Positions 9,801 to 21,200 of a stretch of 64,000 bases of DNA are shown here, piece after piece. Every line of letters starts with the position of its first letter. Within the stretch, counting starts at the first letter, position 1. The position numbers and the translations under genes are program-made. Location of the stretch: the NCBI RefSeq assembly GCF_018350175.1, contig NC_058375.1, positions 310,001 to 374,000 of the forward strand, in the 5' to 3' direction. Source of the stretch: Felis catus. Its lineage: Eukaryota. The notes below the pieces were generated by a model. The model was not told the DNA's origin. It saw nothing but the letters and a program-made list of their open reading frames with translations, and ran no database searches.

Positions 9801-11225
9801 CCCTCTCCCCGATTCCCGTGTCTCCATCCCTATGGTCCTTGTCCCCTTGTCCCATGTCCCTGTCCCCCTTTCCCCCTCCCCGATCCCCGTGTCTCCATCC
9901 CTATGGCCCTTGTCCCCTTGTCCCCATGTCCCTGTCCCCCTTTCCCCCTCCCCGATCCCCGTGTCTCCATCCCTATGGCCCTTGTCCCCTTGTCCCCATG
10001 TCCCTGTCCCCCTTTCCCCCTCCCCGATCCCCGTGTCTCCATCCCTATGGTCCTTGTCCCCTTGTCCCCATGTCCCTGTCCCCCTTTCCCTCTCCCCGAT
10101 CCCCGTGTCTCCATCCCTATGGCCCTTGTCCCCTTGTCCCCATGTCCCTGTCCCCCTCTCTCCCCGATCCCCGTGTCTCCATCCCTATGGCCCTTGTCCC
10201 CTTGTCCCCATGTCTCTGTCCCCCTTTCCCTCTCCCCGATCCCCGTGTCTCCATCCCTATGGCCCTTGTCCCCTTGTCCCCATGTCCCTGTCCCCCTCTC
10301 TTCCCGATCCCCGTGTCTCCATCCCTATGGCCCTTGTCCCCTTGTCCCCATGTCCCTGTCCCCCTTTCCCTCTCCCCGATCCCCGTGTCTCCATCCCTAT
10401 GGCCCTTGTCCCCTTGTCCCCATGTCCCTGTCCCCCTTTCCCTCTCCCCGATCCCCGTGTCTCCATCCCTATGGTCCTTGTCCCCTTGTCCCATGTCCCT
10501 GTCCCCCTTTCCCCCTCCCCGATCCCCGTGTCTCCATCCCTATGGCCCTTGTCCCCTTGTCCCCATGTCCCTGTCCCCCTTTCCCCCTCCCCGATCCCCG
10601 TGTCTCCATCCCTATGGTCCTTGTCCCCTTGTCCCCATGTCCCTGTCCCCCTTTCCCTCTCCCCGATCCCCGTGTCTCCATCCCTATGGCCCTTGTCCCC
10701 TTGTCCCCATGTCCCTGTCCCCCTCTCTCCCCGATCCCCGTGTCTCCATCCCTATGGCCCTTGTCCCCTTGTCCCCATGTCCCTGTCCCCCTTTCCCTCT
10801 CCCCGATCCCCGTGTCTCCATCCCTATGGCCCTTGTCCCCTTGTCCCCATGTCCCTGTCCCCCTCTCTCCCCGATCCCCGTGTCTCCATCCCTATGGCCC
10901 TTGTCCCCTTGTCCCCATGTCCCTGTCCCCCTTTCCCTCTCCCCGATCCCGTCTCCATCCCCATGTCCCTTGTCCCCATGTCCCCATGTCCCAGGTCTCC
11001 ATGTCCCCTCTCCCCATGTACCTCATCCCCATGCCCCCACATGCATCCCTCCCCAGTTCTGTGGCCAGACCACTCACCTGGTGGGCACTCGCTACAGCAC
11101 TTGCCGTCTTTGGGGTAGGTGTTCCCGACACAGTGGAGCGCGGCCGCGGTGCCCAGCACAAGCCCCAGGAGCTGGACAGCTGAGTGAGGCGCCCTGGGCC
11201 GCTGAGCCCCCACAACCACCCTCAT
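6800..11225 (-). CDS. TNFRSF4: TNF receptor superfamily member 4 (OX40/CD134), 270 aa, 7 exons
   Basis: Exons 11078-11225, 9069-9191, 8518-8619, 8066-8132, 7230-7426, 6956-7060 and 6800-6870 sum to 813 nt. Protein MRVVVGAQRPRAPHSAVQLLGLVLGTAAALHCVGNTYPKDGKCCSECPPGYGMESRCSGDQDTKC...GNSFRTPIQEEHADANSTLAKI: signal peptide, CRDs, Thr/Pro stalk, TM and TRAF-binding PIQEE. All introns GT-AG. Confidence 0.97.
6956..7060 (-). CDS. TNFRSF4: TNFRSF4 exon 6 (transmembrane)
   Basis: PQLAAVLGLGLGLLAPVAAALALLLHHRAWRLPP; 105 nt. Confidence 0.93.
7230..7426 (-). CDS. TNFRSF4: TNFRSF4 exon 5
   Basis: CTLAGKRTLRPASQGSDAVCEDRSPPATTPWETQG...EPPRG; 197 nt. Confidence 0.95.
8066..8132 (-). CDS. TNFRSF4: TNFRSF4 exon 4
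   Basis: DCAPCPPGHFSPGDDQACKPWTN; 67 nt. Confidence 0.95.
8453..8517. repeat. Two-copy ~31-34 bp tandem duplication at the start of TNFRSF4 intron 3
   Basis: cacacactgcccccc...gggctcac occurs twice (8453-8486, 8487-8517). Confidence 0.8.
8518..8619 (-). CDS. TNFRSF4: TNFRSF4 exon 3
   Basis: SGSEPKQRCTPTQDTVCRCRPGTEPQDGYDRGV; 102 nt; AG/GT boundaries. Confidence 0.95.
9069..9191 (-). CDS. TNFRSF4: TNFRSF4 exon 2
   Basis: CTGCAG| acceptor; GYGMESRCSGDQDTKCLQCASGFYNEAVNYEPCKPCTQCNQ; donor A|GTGAG; 123 nt. Confidence 0.95.
9345..11035. repeat. Minisatellite (VNTR), 66-72 bp unit, ~22-23 copies, in TNFRSF4 intron 1
   Basis: Unit ccccgatccccgtgtctccatccctatggcccttgtccccttgtccccatgtccctgtccccctttccctct. 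I counted 22 tatgg anchors from 9415 to 10893; degenerate flanks on both sides. Confidence 0.97.
11078..11225 (-). CDS. TNFRSF4: TNFRSF4 exon 1 (coding part)
   Basis: ATG 11225-11223; donor CAG|GTGAGT; 148 nt. Confidence 0.95.
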
Positions 11226-11239
11226 CTCTGCCCGGTGCA

Positions 11240-11320
11240 GGAGTCTGGGGTTTTTCCTTGCAGGATGTGGCTATAAGGGCTGCGGGGGAGGGGTGGGGAG
11301 GGAGGGAGGAGGAGGGGACC
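11240..11320 (-). promoter_or_regulatory. TNFRSF4 proximal promoter
   Basis: kB-like GGGGTTTTTCC at 11247-11257, weak TATA-like CTTATA (11277-11272 on minus) and G-rich boxes ~11285-11310 just upstream of the ATG. Confidence 0.5.
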
Positions 11321-13167
11321 AGGAGGAAGGAGGCCCAGGAAGGGCTGGCGACCCCTGACCCGGGCTGGTGGCAGGAAGGCAGCCTGTCTGGGATGTGGGC
11401 TTCTCTTCTGCCCCGGGGCCCGGCCCCCATCCCCTCAACGACACCTACTAACCTCAGGCTCAGCCAGCTGGCAGCTGGGCACCAGCCCAGACCCCTCCTG
11501 CAGCACGCAGACAGACCCCGGGGCCAAAGTGCGGCCCCACAGCCCCCTGGCCCCTGCCAGGCCCATCCGGTCTACACCCACCCCCCCGACACGGGACCCC
11601 TCTGGCTCCCATCTCACCAGGGAAGCGGGGCACCCTGGATGCCTTCCTGCCCTGCTCTGCCCACTCAAGCCACTTGGAGGAGGGTTGGTCTCAGAACCCC
11701 TCCAAAGCCCGCTCCTTCTGGGCACCCACTCTCCCTGTACAGGGCAGGGTCGGCCCCTCTGGGGGAACAGGCGGCTGGCTATTCCTACCCCCCCCACACA
11801 CACACAAAAGGCCACATTCACGCCAGTCTTCACCCCCTCAGCAAAAGGGTGCACAGAGGACACGGGTGAACGGAGGCAGCACACTGGGTCGGGAGACAGG
11901 CCCTTCACCATCTGGACCCGTGACTGGGCACCAGCTCAAGGGGAAGAAAAGGAGTGCTCCCGCCTCCAGAGCACGGTCCCTGGCACAAGTGCCCAGAACT
12001 AGCTCAGAGCAAGCGTGCACACGTGGGAGCACGTGGGAGAGCGTGTGCAGGTGTGGAGCAGTGTGGCAAGCAGGCAGGTGCGGACGCAGGGGGGTGCTGG
12101 TGTGGGAGAGTGTGCGTGAGGCTGAGTGTGTCTGAACACCGCAAGTGTCAGGGACTGAACTGTGTCCCCACGTGCTGAAGCCAACCCCCAACGTGGCAGT
12201 GTTTGGAGATGGGGCCTCTAGGGGGGTGGTTAGGGCTAGACGGGGTCAGAGGGCTGGGCCCTGACCCCACAGGACCGTGGTCCTTTTGGGAGAGACCCCA
12301 GGAGAGTCTCTTCCCACCTTGAGGGAGGGAGGGTCTCTTTGCCTCGCGAGGACGAAGGAGAAGGCGGCATCTGCCACCAAGGAGAGAGGCATCAGGAGAG
12401 AGCAGCCCTGCCCACACTTGACCGGGGCCCCAGGACTGCTGTTTAAGCTGCCCCACCCATGGTGCTGTGTTCGGACGGCCCCACGGACCAAACGCCTGCA
12501 GATGCATCCTGGGGGCAGTGTGCCCAAGAGCACGTGTGAACCTGTGTCCGTGCGCGGGCACATGTGTGTGTCACCGGCCTCAAGTGCCGGGACCTGTGTG
12601 AACACCCAGGTACTTCTTTGGGGTGGGGGTGGGGAGTCCTGTGAAAACAAACCATCAGCACCCACTCCGACTCCCCGGCCGGGCAGAGGCCAGCAGGACA
12701 GCTGTGAGCCTTCTGCTGGCGGGGCCCACTCTGCCTCCCCAAGAACTTTAGAGGCCACATCAGGCTCTCCCCACCCTGCCCCACACCCACCCTGGGCTTA
12801 GGGTGTCCCCACAGCACCAAGGCAGCAGTAAAGACTGGAACGATCCAGTGTGATCCTACGGAGTGCGTGGCGCCCTCAGACACAGATCTGGGTGGATCCA
12901 GGGCAGGCAGGGAAGGCCCGCGTGCAGGAACTCTGCGGTGGGTCAAGGGGGAAGGACACAGGCACACGCATGTGCGCACACCAGACGAACGTGTGCATAC
13001 GTGTGCATTTTCTCTTACACCCCCTCGAGGAAGGGGACGCTCTACTGTGTCATTTTTGTACCTTTCAAATCACAACCGTGAGATGAAATTAACCATTCAA
13101 CAGTTACTTTAAAAAGTTTCAGGCAGGGGGCCTCCCTTGGGGATGGGACGAGAGCGGGGTAGGAGCT

Positions 13168-13236
13168 GGAAATCCCCCTCCCCGAGAAAAACAGGTAAGG
13201 AAGCTGAGCTCCCCCGGCCCGTCTGTGGGAAATTCC
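13168..13236. promoter_or_regulatory. Pair of canonical NF-kB sites ~2 kb upstream of TNFRSF4
   Basis: GGAAATCCCC (= GGGGATTTCC) at 13168-13177 and GGGAAATTCC at 13227-13236. Confidence 0.55.
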
Positions 13237-13414
13237 TCCTGGGCTCTGCGGGGCAAGGCTGCCAGGGAGGCGGCCACGGCCCACAGCGGCTGGGGCGGAG
13301 GCAGAGGCGGCTCTCCCAGCGGGCAGGGGGCCACTCAGGGTCAGCCTTCGCCACGCCTGCCAAGTGAGACGGGGTCCACACAGGGAAGGGGATCAGGGCG
13401 TCCAGACGGCCGGG

Positions 13415-13455
13415 TGTGCGTGCGTGTGTGTGTGTGTGTGTGTGTGTGCGCGTGC
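13415..13455. repeat. (TG)n microsatellite
   Basis: gtgtgcgtgcgtgtgtgtgtgtgtgtgtgtgtgcgcgtgc. Confidence 0.9.
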
Positions 13456-14714
13456 ACGCCATCTCCCACAGGTGGTGAGAAAAACCTTTTCTTAAATTGA
13501 CAAAAACCGGAGCCTCTGAGGTTGAGGGAACAACCCGGGGGTCTGGTGGGCAGCGCTCCCCTCTCCGGCGGTGCCGGCCTCCACCGCCTGAGGCCCTGCA
13601 CACCTGGCCCCTGTATCCGCATCGGTCCACAGCGGCCCGTGGAGCACAGACAACTAACTGTATGTCACCCGCTCGACCCACCGCCATCCTGTGGGCCCAG
13701 CCGACCCCCCCCCCCCCCAGCTCAGCCCACACCTCCAAGTGTCACACACCTGCTTGCTGCTGAGGCACCCACGTGGGCCTGGCCACCACGGGGACCCCTC
13801 CCACCACGCACTCTCGTCCCTTCTGAAGTCTTTCCTCTTGTTTGCCTAGAAACCAGCCCAGGTGTCACCGCGCCCTTGTTCCTCTGCAGCGGCCCCGCTC
13901 CCACGCTTTTCGGAAGCGGGTCCCTGTGGCAAGGGTGGACCCGCTGGCTGGGCGAGCTGTCCACTGAGGAGCCACGGACCACGGCGCAGGGCTCCTGAGA
14001 GGATGGCCAGCAGGGAGGGGGTGGGGGGGAGCAGAGACCGGAGGTGGCAGCTGAGAGGCGTGTGGGGTCAGGGGCCGCGAAACCCTCACAGTTCAATGCC
14101 CTCTGTCCCCAACGCCAGTCAAGCACGGGGCAGAGCTGACCCCCAGGAAGGACTGGGACAGCATGTGTGAGAAATGCGGGTCTGGAGGAACCTCAGCCAA
14201 CATCGCTGTCCTGTCCCCAGGCCCTGACCACCGGCTCAGGGAGACTCCAGGCCCCCACAACCGGCCGGGCTGGGGGCTCTGAGGCCAGTCTCGGTGGACT
14301 CCTGAGTTCTCACCACCCCCCACCCCGGTCCCTCCCCTAAGGGCTTGTTCCCAGATCTTCCCTTTCTACCAGGAACTCCAGTTCCCTTGCCCCGCCCCCC
14401 AGCCCCTCCCAGGGGGTCTCACCCAGGCCCAGGCTTCAGGCTCCTGACTTTAAATCTGTAGCCCACACCCTTGGCTTCCTGCGAAAGCCATCTCCCACGA
14501 GCTCCCAGAGGTCCCCGTTGTCGGTAAACACATCTGTCACATGCAGCCCCACCCGGGACCCTGGTCCTTCCCGCACCTGCCTGACCAAACTCTCTGTTCT
14601 CACCAAATCGCCCACCTCAAAAGCGCTAAGTGGAAGCCACCTAGCCACAAACGTTCCAAAATCATTGTATGGGCTTAAAAAAAAAAAAAAAAGAAGCTGG
14701 GAGAAAAAGGCAAC

Positions 14715-14720
14715 TATATT
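14715..14720 (-). terminator. Candidate variant poly(A) signal (AATATA) of SDF4
   Basis: tatatt on plus, followed in transcript direction by a U-tract (A-run 14677-14692 on plus). No AATAAA found nearby by eye. Confidence 0.3.
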
Positions 14721-15099
14721 TTAAAGTAAATTCGTAAGATTCTTGTCACAAGTGTTTGTGTTTTCGGAGACCGAGCGTCCTCCGCTCGGAAGGGCAGGCA
14801 CCCCCAGCCACTGGCCACCGGCAGCACATTCGAGCACGAGCTCCACCGCTCGGTCTTTAAGGAGGCGGCAGGAGCCGCGTTACTTCCCACAGGTCCGTGC
14901 CCTCGCACGACGGCACCCGATTCCCAGAAGTGACACGTGGCAGCACGTGGGGCCCCGCGCACAGGGGCGGCCGGCCCGTGGCGCACCTCGGGGGCTCCGG
15001 CCTGCTCGAGCACAACTTCGAGGAGCCTGGACCCGGGGCCCGAGGGCGGCAGGAGGGAGGGAGGCTTCCGGGAGGGGCGGGCGGCGGGGGGGCTCGGGC

Positions 15100-15276
15100 T
15101 CAGAACTCCTCGTGCACGTTGCGGGCATAGTCCATCAGCTTGCTGCCCGTGAAGAACTCGCTGTACTTGAGGACCTCCTCGGGCTCCAGGTGGTGGTTCT
15201 GGTTCTCGTCGGCGATGGCGATCATCTGTTTGGCCTCGTTAAGGGCGTTGTACTCATTCATGGGGTCCATGTAGTC
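15100..15276 (-). CDS. SDF4: SDF4 last exon (coding part)
   Basis: [61 protein letters not shown] at 15102-15100. Confidence 0.95.
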   Translation of the reverse strand, partial: DYMDPMNEYNALNEAKQMIAIADENQNHHLEPEEVLKYSEFFTGSKLMDYARNVHEEF

Positions 15277-18200
15277 CTACGGTGGTCGCGGGCACCGCGT
15301 CAGCGCGGCCCTGGCCGCCAGGGCCCCCCTGGCCCGCCCACTCCCCGGCGGCACTGGGACCCCTGGACCTCAGGTGCCACTGTCACAATGGCGCCCAAAG
15401 TCCGCGCGCGGTGACACGGCTGAGAGCCCCCACCGAGGTGGACGCCCCCGCCCCACACGGACACCCGGTCAACGAGGTCAGCACCTTGTGCCTCAGGCAG
15501 CAGCAGCAAGGCTGGACCCCTCTAACCAGCTACAAAGAGCAAGTCCTTGTTTAAACCCCGCCCCCCCTCACCCCCCCCCCCCCCAATGGCTGATAGCACA
15601 GAAGCAGCAGGAAGGGGACGGCGGTGTGTTCCTGAATGTTCTGGAAGGCACACACCAGGCTGGAAGTGGCTCAGGGCCAGGGAGCCTCGCCTGTGTGGGT
15701 GCAGGAGATTCACTGCCTCCCCGTCCTCACCAGGGAGCCCCCACCACGGGAGGGAGGGAGGGGAGCTCTCTTGGAGCGCAAGAAGCTTTGAGTGGCCACC
15801 CGCGGCCTGGCAGTGGGGCGTGCGGGGCACGGACACAGGCGGAAACATGGACCACATCAGCCACCGTTCGACCCCTGAACCACAGGTGTCCGTCCTCCGG
15901 CTATCAGCAAGGGAGCAGAGAATTCCGATGTGCGACGAACGAGTCATACAGCAATGGGGAAACAAGCCTACAGGGCACCAGTGAAAACACTGGAAGATGG
16001 TGGGTTCCAACGTGGCCCACGGCCCCAGTGTCCAGCCAGATGCCCACTGGGGAGCGGCTTCTTGGAGCCTCGAGAGGCCAAGACACCCAGACACCCCAAC
16101 CAGGGGGCACCCTGACCAGGGGCAGGCACAGGCACCCCGCTCGAATCCCCTGTGAGTGCCAAAGGCGACCAGGCTGGTGGGGTGGACCCCCACCCCTGAG
16201 TGAGCCCGCTTCTAGGTGCCACTAAGTGACCGGCCACGGCCGGACCGGTGCCGCCTTCCCTCCCACTGCAGCCCCACGGGAAGCCTCGGGGCCCTGAGCC
16301 CGACCCCAGAGGCGCCCCCACGCCCCCCACCAACTGCGCTCACCTCCAGCTCCGCCATGGTCACGATCCCATCATGGTTGGCGTCGATTAGCTCCTCAAA
16401 CTCCTTTTTCCGGTCTCTGACCCAACTGTCATCGATGTCCTGGCCCTGCTGGTTCTCCACCGTGCCCGCGGGCAGAGAGATGAACTCAGGCAGCGAGAGC
16501 TGCTTGTCACCGTCCTGGTCTGCAGGACAGAGGTGTGGACACTCAGACCCCAAGTGAGCACGGGACCACCCAGGCCCACCCAGAAGAAAGTCCATCAGAC
16601 AGGTCTGCTGGCAAATTTTCAGCCTAAAGCAGAACAGGTGCGTCTCAAAACAGGTGCCCAGGAGCCTGGTGGAAGTCAGACGGCCCAGGGCAAGTCCTGG
16701 CCTTCCCTCACCAGGTGGCCACACAGCCTCCGAGACCCCCAGGCTGACCCCTGACGGGAGAGTCACTGCAGGTGCCAGTGGGCCCCGCCCTCCAGCCCAG
16801 CTGCCCCTACCCCCACCCCCACCCCGGGGGCGCCAGGGCCTCCGGCCAGGCCTCACCCAGGTCCCGGACAATCTCCTTGACCATGAACTTGAGCATGCCA
16901 CGGCTGTGCTCGGGGTGAAGGAACGACAGGAACTCGTCCTCAGTCAGCAGCAGATCCGAGGGGGGGTTGTCCGCCTGGTACCAACGGTCCTTGAGGTTCT
17001 CCAGGACTTCCTGTGCTGAGAGAGGCACATCTGTGAGGACCCAGGCCCCCACGGCACCTGCACGCACCAGGAAAGCTCTGAGGTGTGCTGCCCGCAGAGG
17101 AGGGCCGGCTCAGGACGCTGCGGCAAGCGAGGCCTAGCGCCGCTCTCCCGAAGGAGAGCTCGGCCCTCAGGGAGGCAGAGGGGGCAAAGCCCCCAGACAG
17201 ACACAGACCCTCCCAAGACACAGACACAGGTCCCACAAGACACACACACATATGCCCCTGGACACAGATCCTCCCCACCAAATACAGGGGCTGACCCTCC
17301 TCCAGACACAGCCCCCACCCCAGCTCACTACTGCTGTTTGCTCCTCGGGAGAAATGGAAAAGCACGGTGGAGGCTGACTCACCCTCCCCGCGCACCTACA
17401 GGAACAAAGCATAACCTTGTTCCTTTCCATCTGTTTCACGTGCGCCTTACACGGAGGGCAGGGCTCCGGAGGAAAACCCAGCTTCCAGATATGACTCAAG
17501 CATCCCCCGCACACTCTTGCCACACCCCCGCTCTCCCTCCGTGGGAAGGCCCGCCGCCTCGCAGGCTCAAGGACCGTCCAGCTGGAGGCCAGGCGAGCAG
17601 GAAGGGTTCAGGCAGGAGGTGTGTCTGCACCGCACCACCGTCACCAGGAACAGGGACTCCCGGGCCTTGGCACATCACAACAGGGGAGACAGCTGCATCC
17701 CACACGGTACCCGTCGCCTCAAGTCTTAGCGCCTTCTGATGAACACCAGATCCCACGGTGGCCTACCCTGAATGGCGAATCCACTTAAAGGGAGGTGGGG
17801 TGACTGGCTCCCTCCTGCCCGTGTGCAGGGCCGAGAGAAACAGGGGCTAGCTAGCACACACTCGCCTGCAGGCTGTCAACAGCACCTGACCTGGAGAAAG
17901 GTCTGTGCAGCCATAACCACTTAAGGGTCTTGAGATGAGGTCACCAGGCACTCAAGGTGGGCCCTGAAGCCAACAGCAGGACTCCCGGCAGAAGACGACA
18001 CACAGAGACTGCGGCAACGTGACCACAAGCAGGGACAAGGAGGGAGGCCGGGAGGGAGGGACGCCCGTGAGCCCACAGGCACCTGCCGAGTGAGGGTCCC
18101 CCGAGGAGGCAGACCACCACGTGGGGACCCCCAAGCCTACCTCTGAGCCCCTGCCCACCCTCCCCCGGCCTCCGAGACCCTCGGCGCCGCTCCTCACCTG

Positions 18201-21200
18201 CAGTGCCCCACTGACACTAAAGAAGGGAACAGGGGCCTTGAAGACACGTGCTGAGGTGACAGAACTCACACCCCTGGAGGACAGCCCTGACCCCAGACAT
18301 GGCCAAAGGAAAGGCGCTGAAGACAGACTAGCTCCCGAGAGCAGGCAGGGACAGGGGGCCTGCGGCCCACACCCCAGCGGCCACCCCAGAAGCTGATGCC
18401 AAATCACCAATGCTGGCAAGAGGGCAGAGGCCCCCCAGGATGCCCAGACACCTCCAAATTACACCTTCAGGGAACAGCCGGAACCGCAGGACAAACCGTG
18501 GGAACACAAAACACAAACAGATATGAAAAAGGCAAACAACCAATTCAGAAAAAAATAGTAACATCCAAGGAACAGGGTTTAAAAAGGACAGAACTAAAAT
18601 TCTGGATGACGTCCTGGGAAGTGGGAAAGGCCGACTGGCGTCGGAGCGCATTCAGGAGCCTCCTCACTGTTTAACTTGAGACTCTGCTGAGTTACACGTG
18701 CTCCAGGAACAGACTGAGCAGGAAAAATAAAGGCATGAGACATTAACGAGGTGCCCGTTGACAGGTGACCCCCAAGGAGACAGCTGGAAGGCTGGGAACT
18801 CAGACACTACCAGACCCTGCAAGAAAAGGAAACTACAGACTGGTGTCTCTCATGCAAAAATGCCCCACATCGCCTGGGTGGCTCAGTCAGTTGAGCGTCT
18901 GACTTCAGCTTAGGTCACGATCTCACAGCTTGTGAGTTCGAGCCCCATGTCGGGCTCTGTGCTGACAGCTCGGGGCCTGGAGCCTGCTTCGGATTCTGTG
19001 TCTCCCGCTCTCTCTGCCCCTAACCCACTCACATTCTGTCTCTGTCTCTCTCAAAAATAAATAAACATTAGAAAAAAAAATTTTTTTTAATGCCCCACAA
19101 AGTATCAGCAAATTGAATCCAAAAACACAAGAATTATATCCTACGACCAAGTGGGAGTTACCCCAAGTATGCATGGCTGGTTGAACATCCAAAAATCAAT
19201 TAATGTAACCATCACATCAACAGGATGAGGAAGAAAAACCACATGACCCTATCAACACAGAAAAAGCATTACACAGAATCCAACACCCATTTATGATCCA
19301 AACTTCCAGCAAACCAGGAACAGATTAGAATTTCCTCAACTTGACAAAGAACATCTGCAAAAAACCTACAGCTCACGTCATGCTTATTAGTGAGAAACTT
19401 GACACTTTGCCTCGAAGATCAGAACAAGAAAAAGATGCTTTTCAACACTGTACTGGAAGTTCCAGCCAACGCAGTAAGATAAGAAAAGGAAATTAAAGGG
19501 GCGCCTGGGTGGCTCAGTCGGTTAAGCAGCTGACTCTTGACTTTGGCTCAGGTCATGATCTCGAGGTTTATGAGTCTGAGCCCTGCATCAGGCTCTGTGC
19601 TGACAGCACAGAGCCCACTTCAGATCCTCGGCCCCACCCCCACCGCCCTCCCCACATTTGTGTGTGCGTTCTCTCTCTAAGGTAAACAAACATTACAAAA
19701 TAAAGAAACAAACTTTAAAAATTTGTTAAAAACAAAAAAGAAAAAAAGGAAGTTAAAGATACCCAGATTGGGAAGGAGAAAATAAACGGTGTTGGCTCAC
19801 AGATGTCACAATTGCCTGTAGAGAAAATCCGGAAGAGCTGACAAAGACTCCTGGAGCCACTAGGCAATCGTATCAAGACCACAGGACGAAGGTTAACGCA
19901 GAAAGGCCATCACTTCCCTGCACACCCGCAAGGAACACGGGGAATCGGGATTAAAGACTAAAGGGAAAATCAAACAGAGAGAAGGTATGGCTGCAGTCCC
20001 GACACAGGACACAGGGGTCCAGGCCTAGATACACAAACACCGGCACAGACAAGAGGGCCCACCGTTCATCTGGAGACACAACAGCAGTGAACACCTGTGG
20101 CCCAGGGGACACAGCGGCACCCTTCACAAAGCACAGGCCACCAGCACACTCACCAGCACGGCCGGCGGACACGTGAGAGACCGTGTCACAGGCAGAAAGA
20201 TGCCGCAGAGAAACTCCCACGCTTGCGCATCCACCAAGAGAAGACACCATGGGACAAGGGTGGGGACGGTGACCCACTGAGTGGAGGAGGGGCCCCCAGG
20301 TGGGACGGGGTGGCGGAGCAGAAGGCAGTCACTAGGGAAAGGCGCCAGTGTTCTCCGGCCGCGCTCTAGAACTTGGCCAATACCCTAGTGCACCGAGCTT
20401 CTGTCCCTGAGGTTTTAAAGGCATGTCTGTGAGAGGCTGAGGGGCGGGCAGAGTTCTGTGCCCCACCTGCCTCACCCTGCAGGCCCTCCTCCTGGCCCAG
20501 ACCCGCCCTCTCCCCGGCTGGGGTCCCCCTCGCGGGCTTGTGGCAGGGCCTGGGCGCTCACTCTCCTCGTCGACCTTCAGCTCCTCGCCATTCTTCATCT
20601 TCTCCTCGACTTCTTTCTCGTTGTGCCCTTTGCTCACCAAAAACTTCACCTTATACTCGTCCCACGACACACGGCCTAGAAGCAAAGACCAACCGTTAGG
20701 GTGTTTGACGACGGACAGTTTTACAAAGACGTGAGCAGTGGAGCCTGGCCGGCGCCATCAGTTAAGTGTCCGACTCTCGGTTCCAGCTCAGGTCGCCATC
20801 CCGTGGTTCGTGCGTTCAAGCCCCGCTGAGCCGTCAGCACAGAGCCTGCTGGGGGTTCTGTCTCTCTCTCTCTCTGCCCCTCCTCACTTGCGCAGTCTCT
20901 CTCAAAATAAATAAACGAACTTCAAAGAAATGGTAAAGGATAAATACGCGAGAAGAGGTATGCAACCGTTTTCAGACGTCAGGCAACCGAAGGAGCAGAA
21001 GCAGGGGAGCCCGAAGCCCCGGCCCACCCCCTGCACCCCGCCCTGCCCTCACCGGCGGAGGACACGGGAGCCGGGAGGACGGTCTCGCGGGCAGCATCAG
21101 CGGGCGCCCACACCCCCACCCTCTGCGCACCGCCCCCTCCTGGCGGCCCGAGCCCTGCCGGCCATACCGTCGCCGTCGGGGTCCACGGCACGGAAGTGCA

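Larger units (their letters stand above)
18790..19955 (+). mobile_element. Old L1 ORF2 (reverse transcriptase region) fragment interrupted by two SINEs
   Basis: gaaaaggaaactacagac...gaccaagtgggagttaccccaagtatgcatggctggttgaacatccaaaaatcaattaatgt...aatccaacacccatttatgat corresponds to the degenerate L1 RT motif [22 protein letters not shown]...IQHPFMIK. It resumes collinearly after each SINE. Confidence 0.8.

Noticed and set aside
9345-11035. CRISPR-like appearance of the repeat array
   Set aside because: Units are contiguous with no unique spacers, there are no cas genes, and the context is a mammalian intron.
8896-11869. Three very long plus-strand ORFs (740, 868 and 603 aa; Pro/Cys/Ser-rich)
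   Set aside because: They are open only because the intron 1 minisatellite has no stop codon on its C/T-rich strand. They are antisense to TNFRSF4, with no Kozak, poly(A) or domain evidence.
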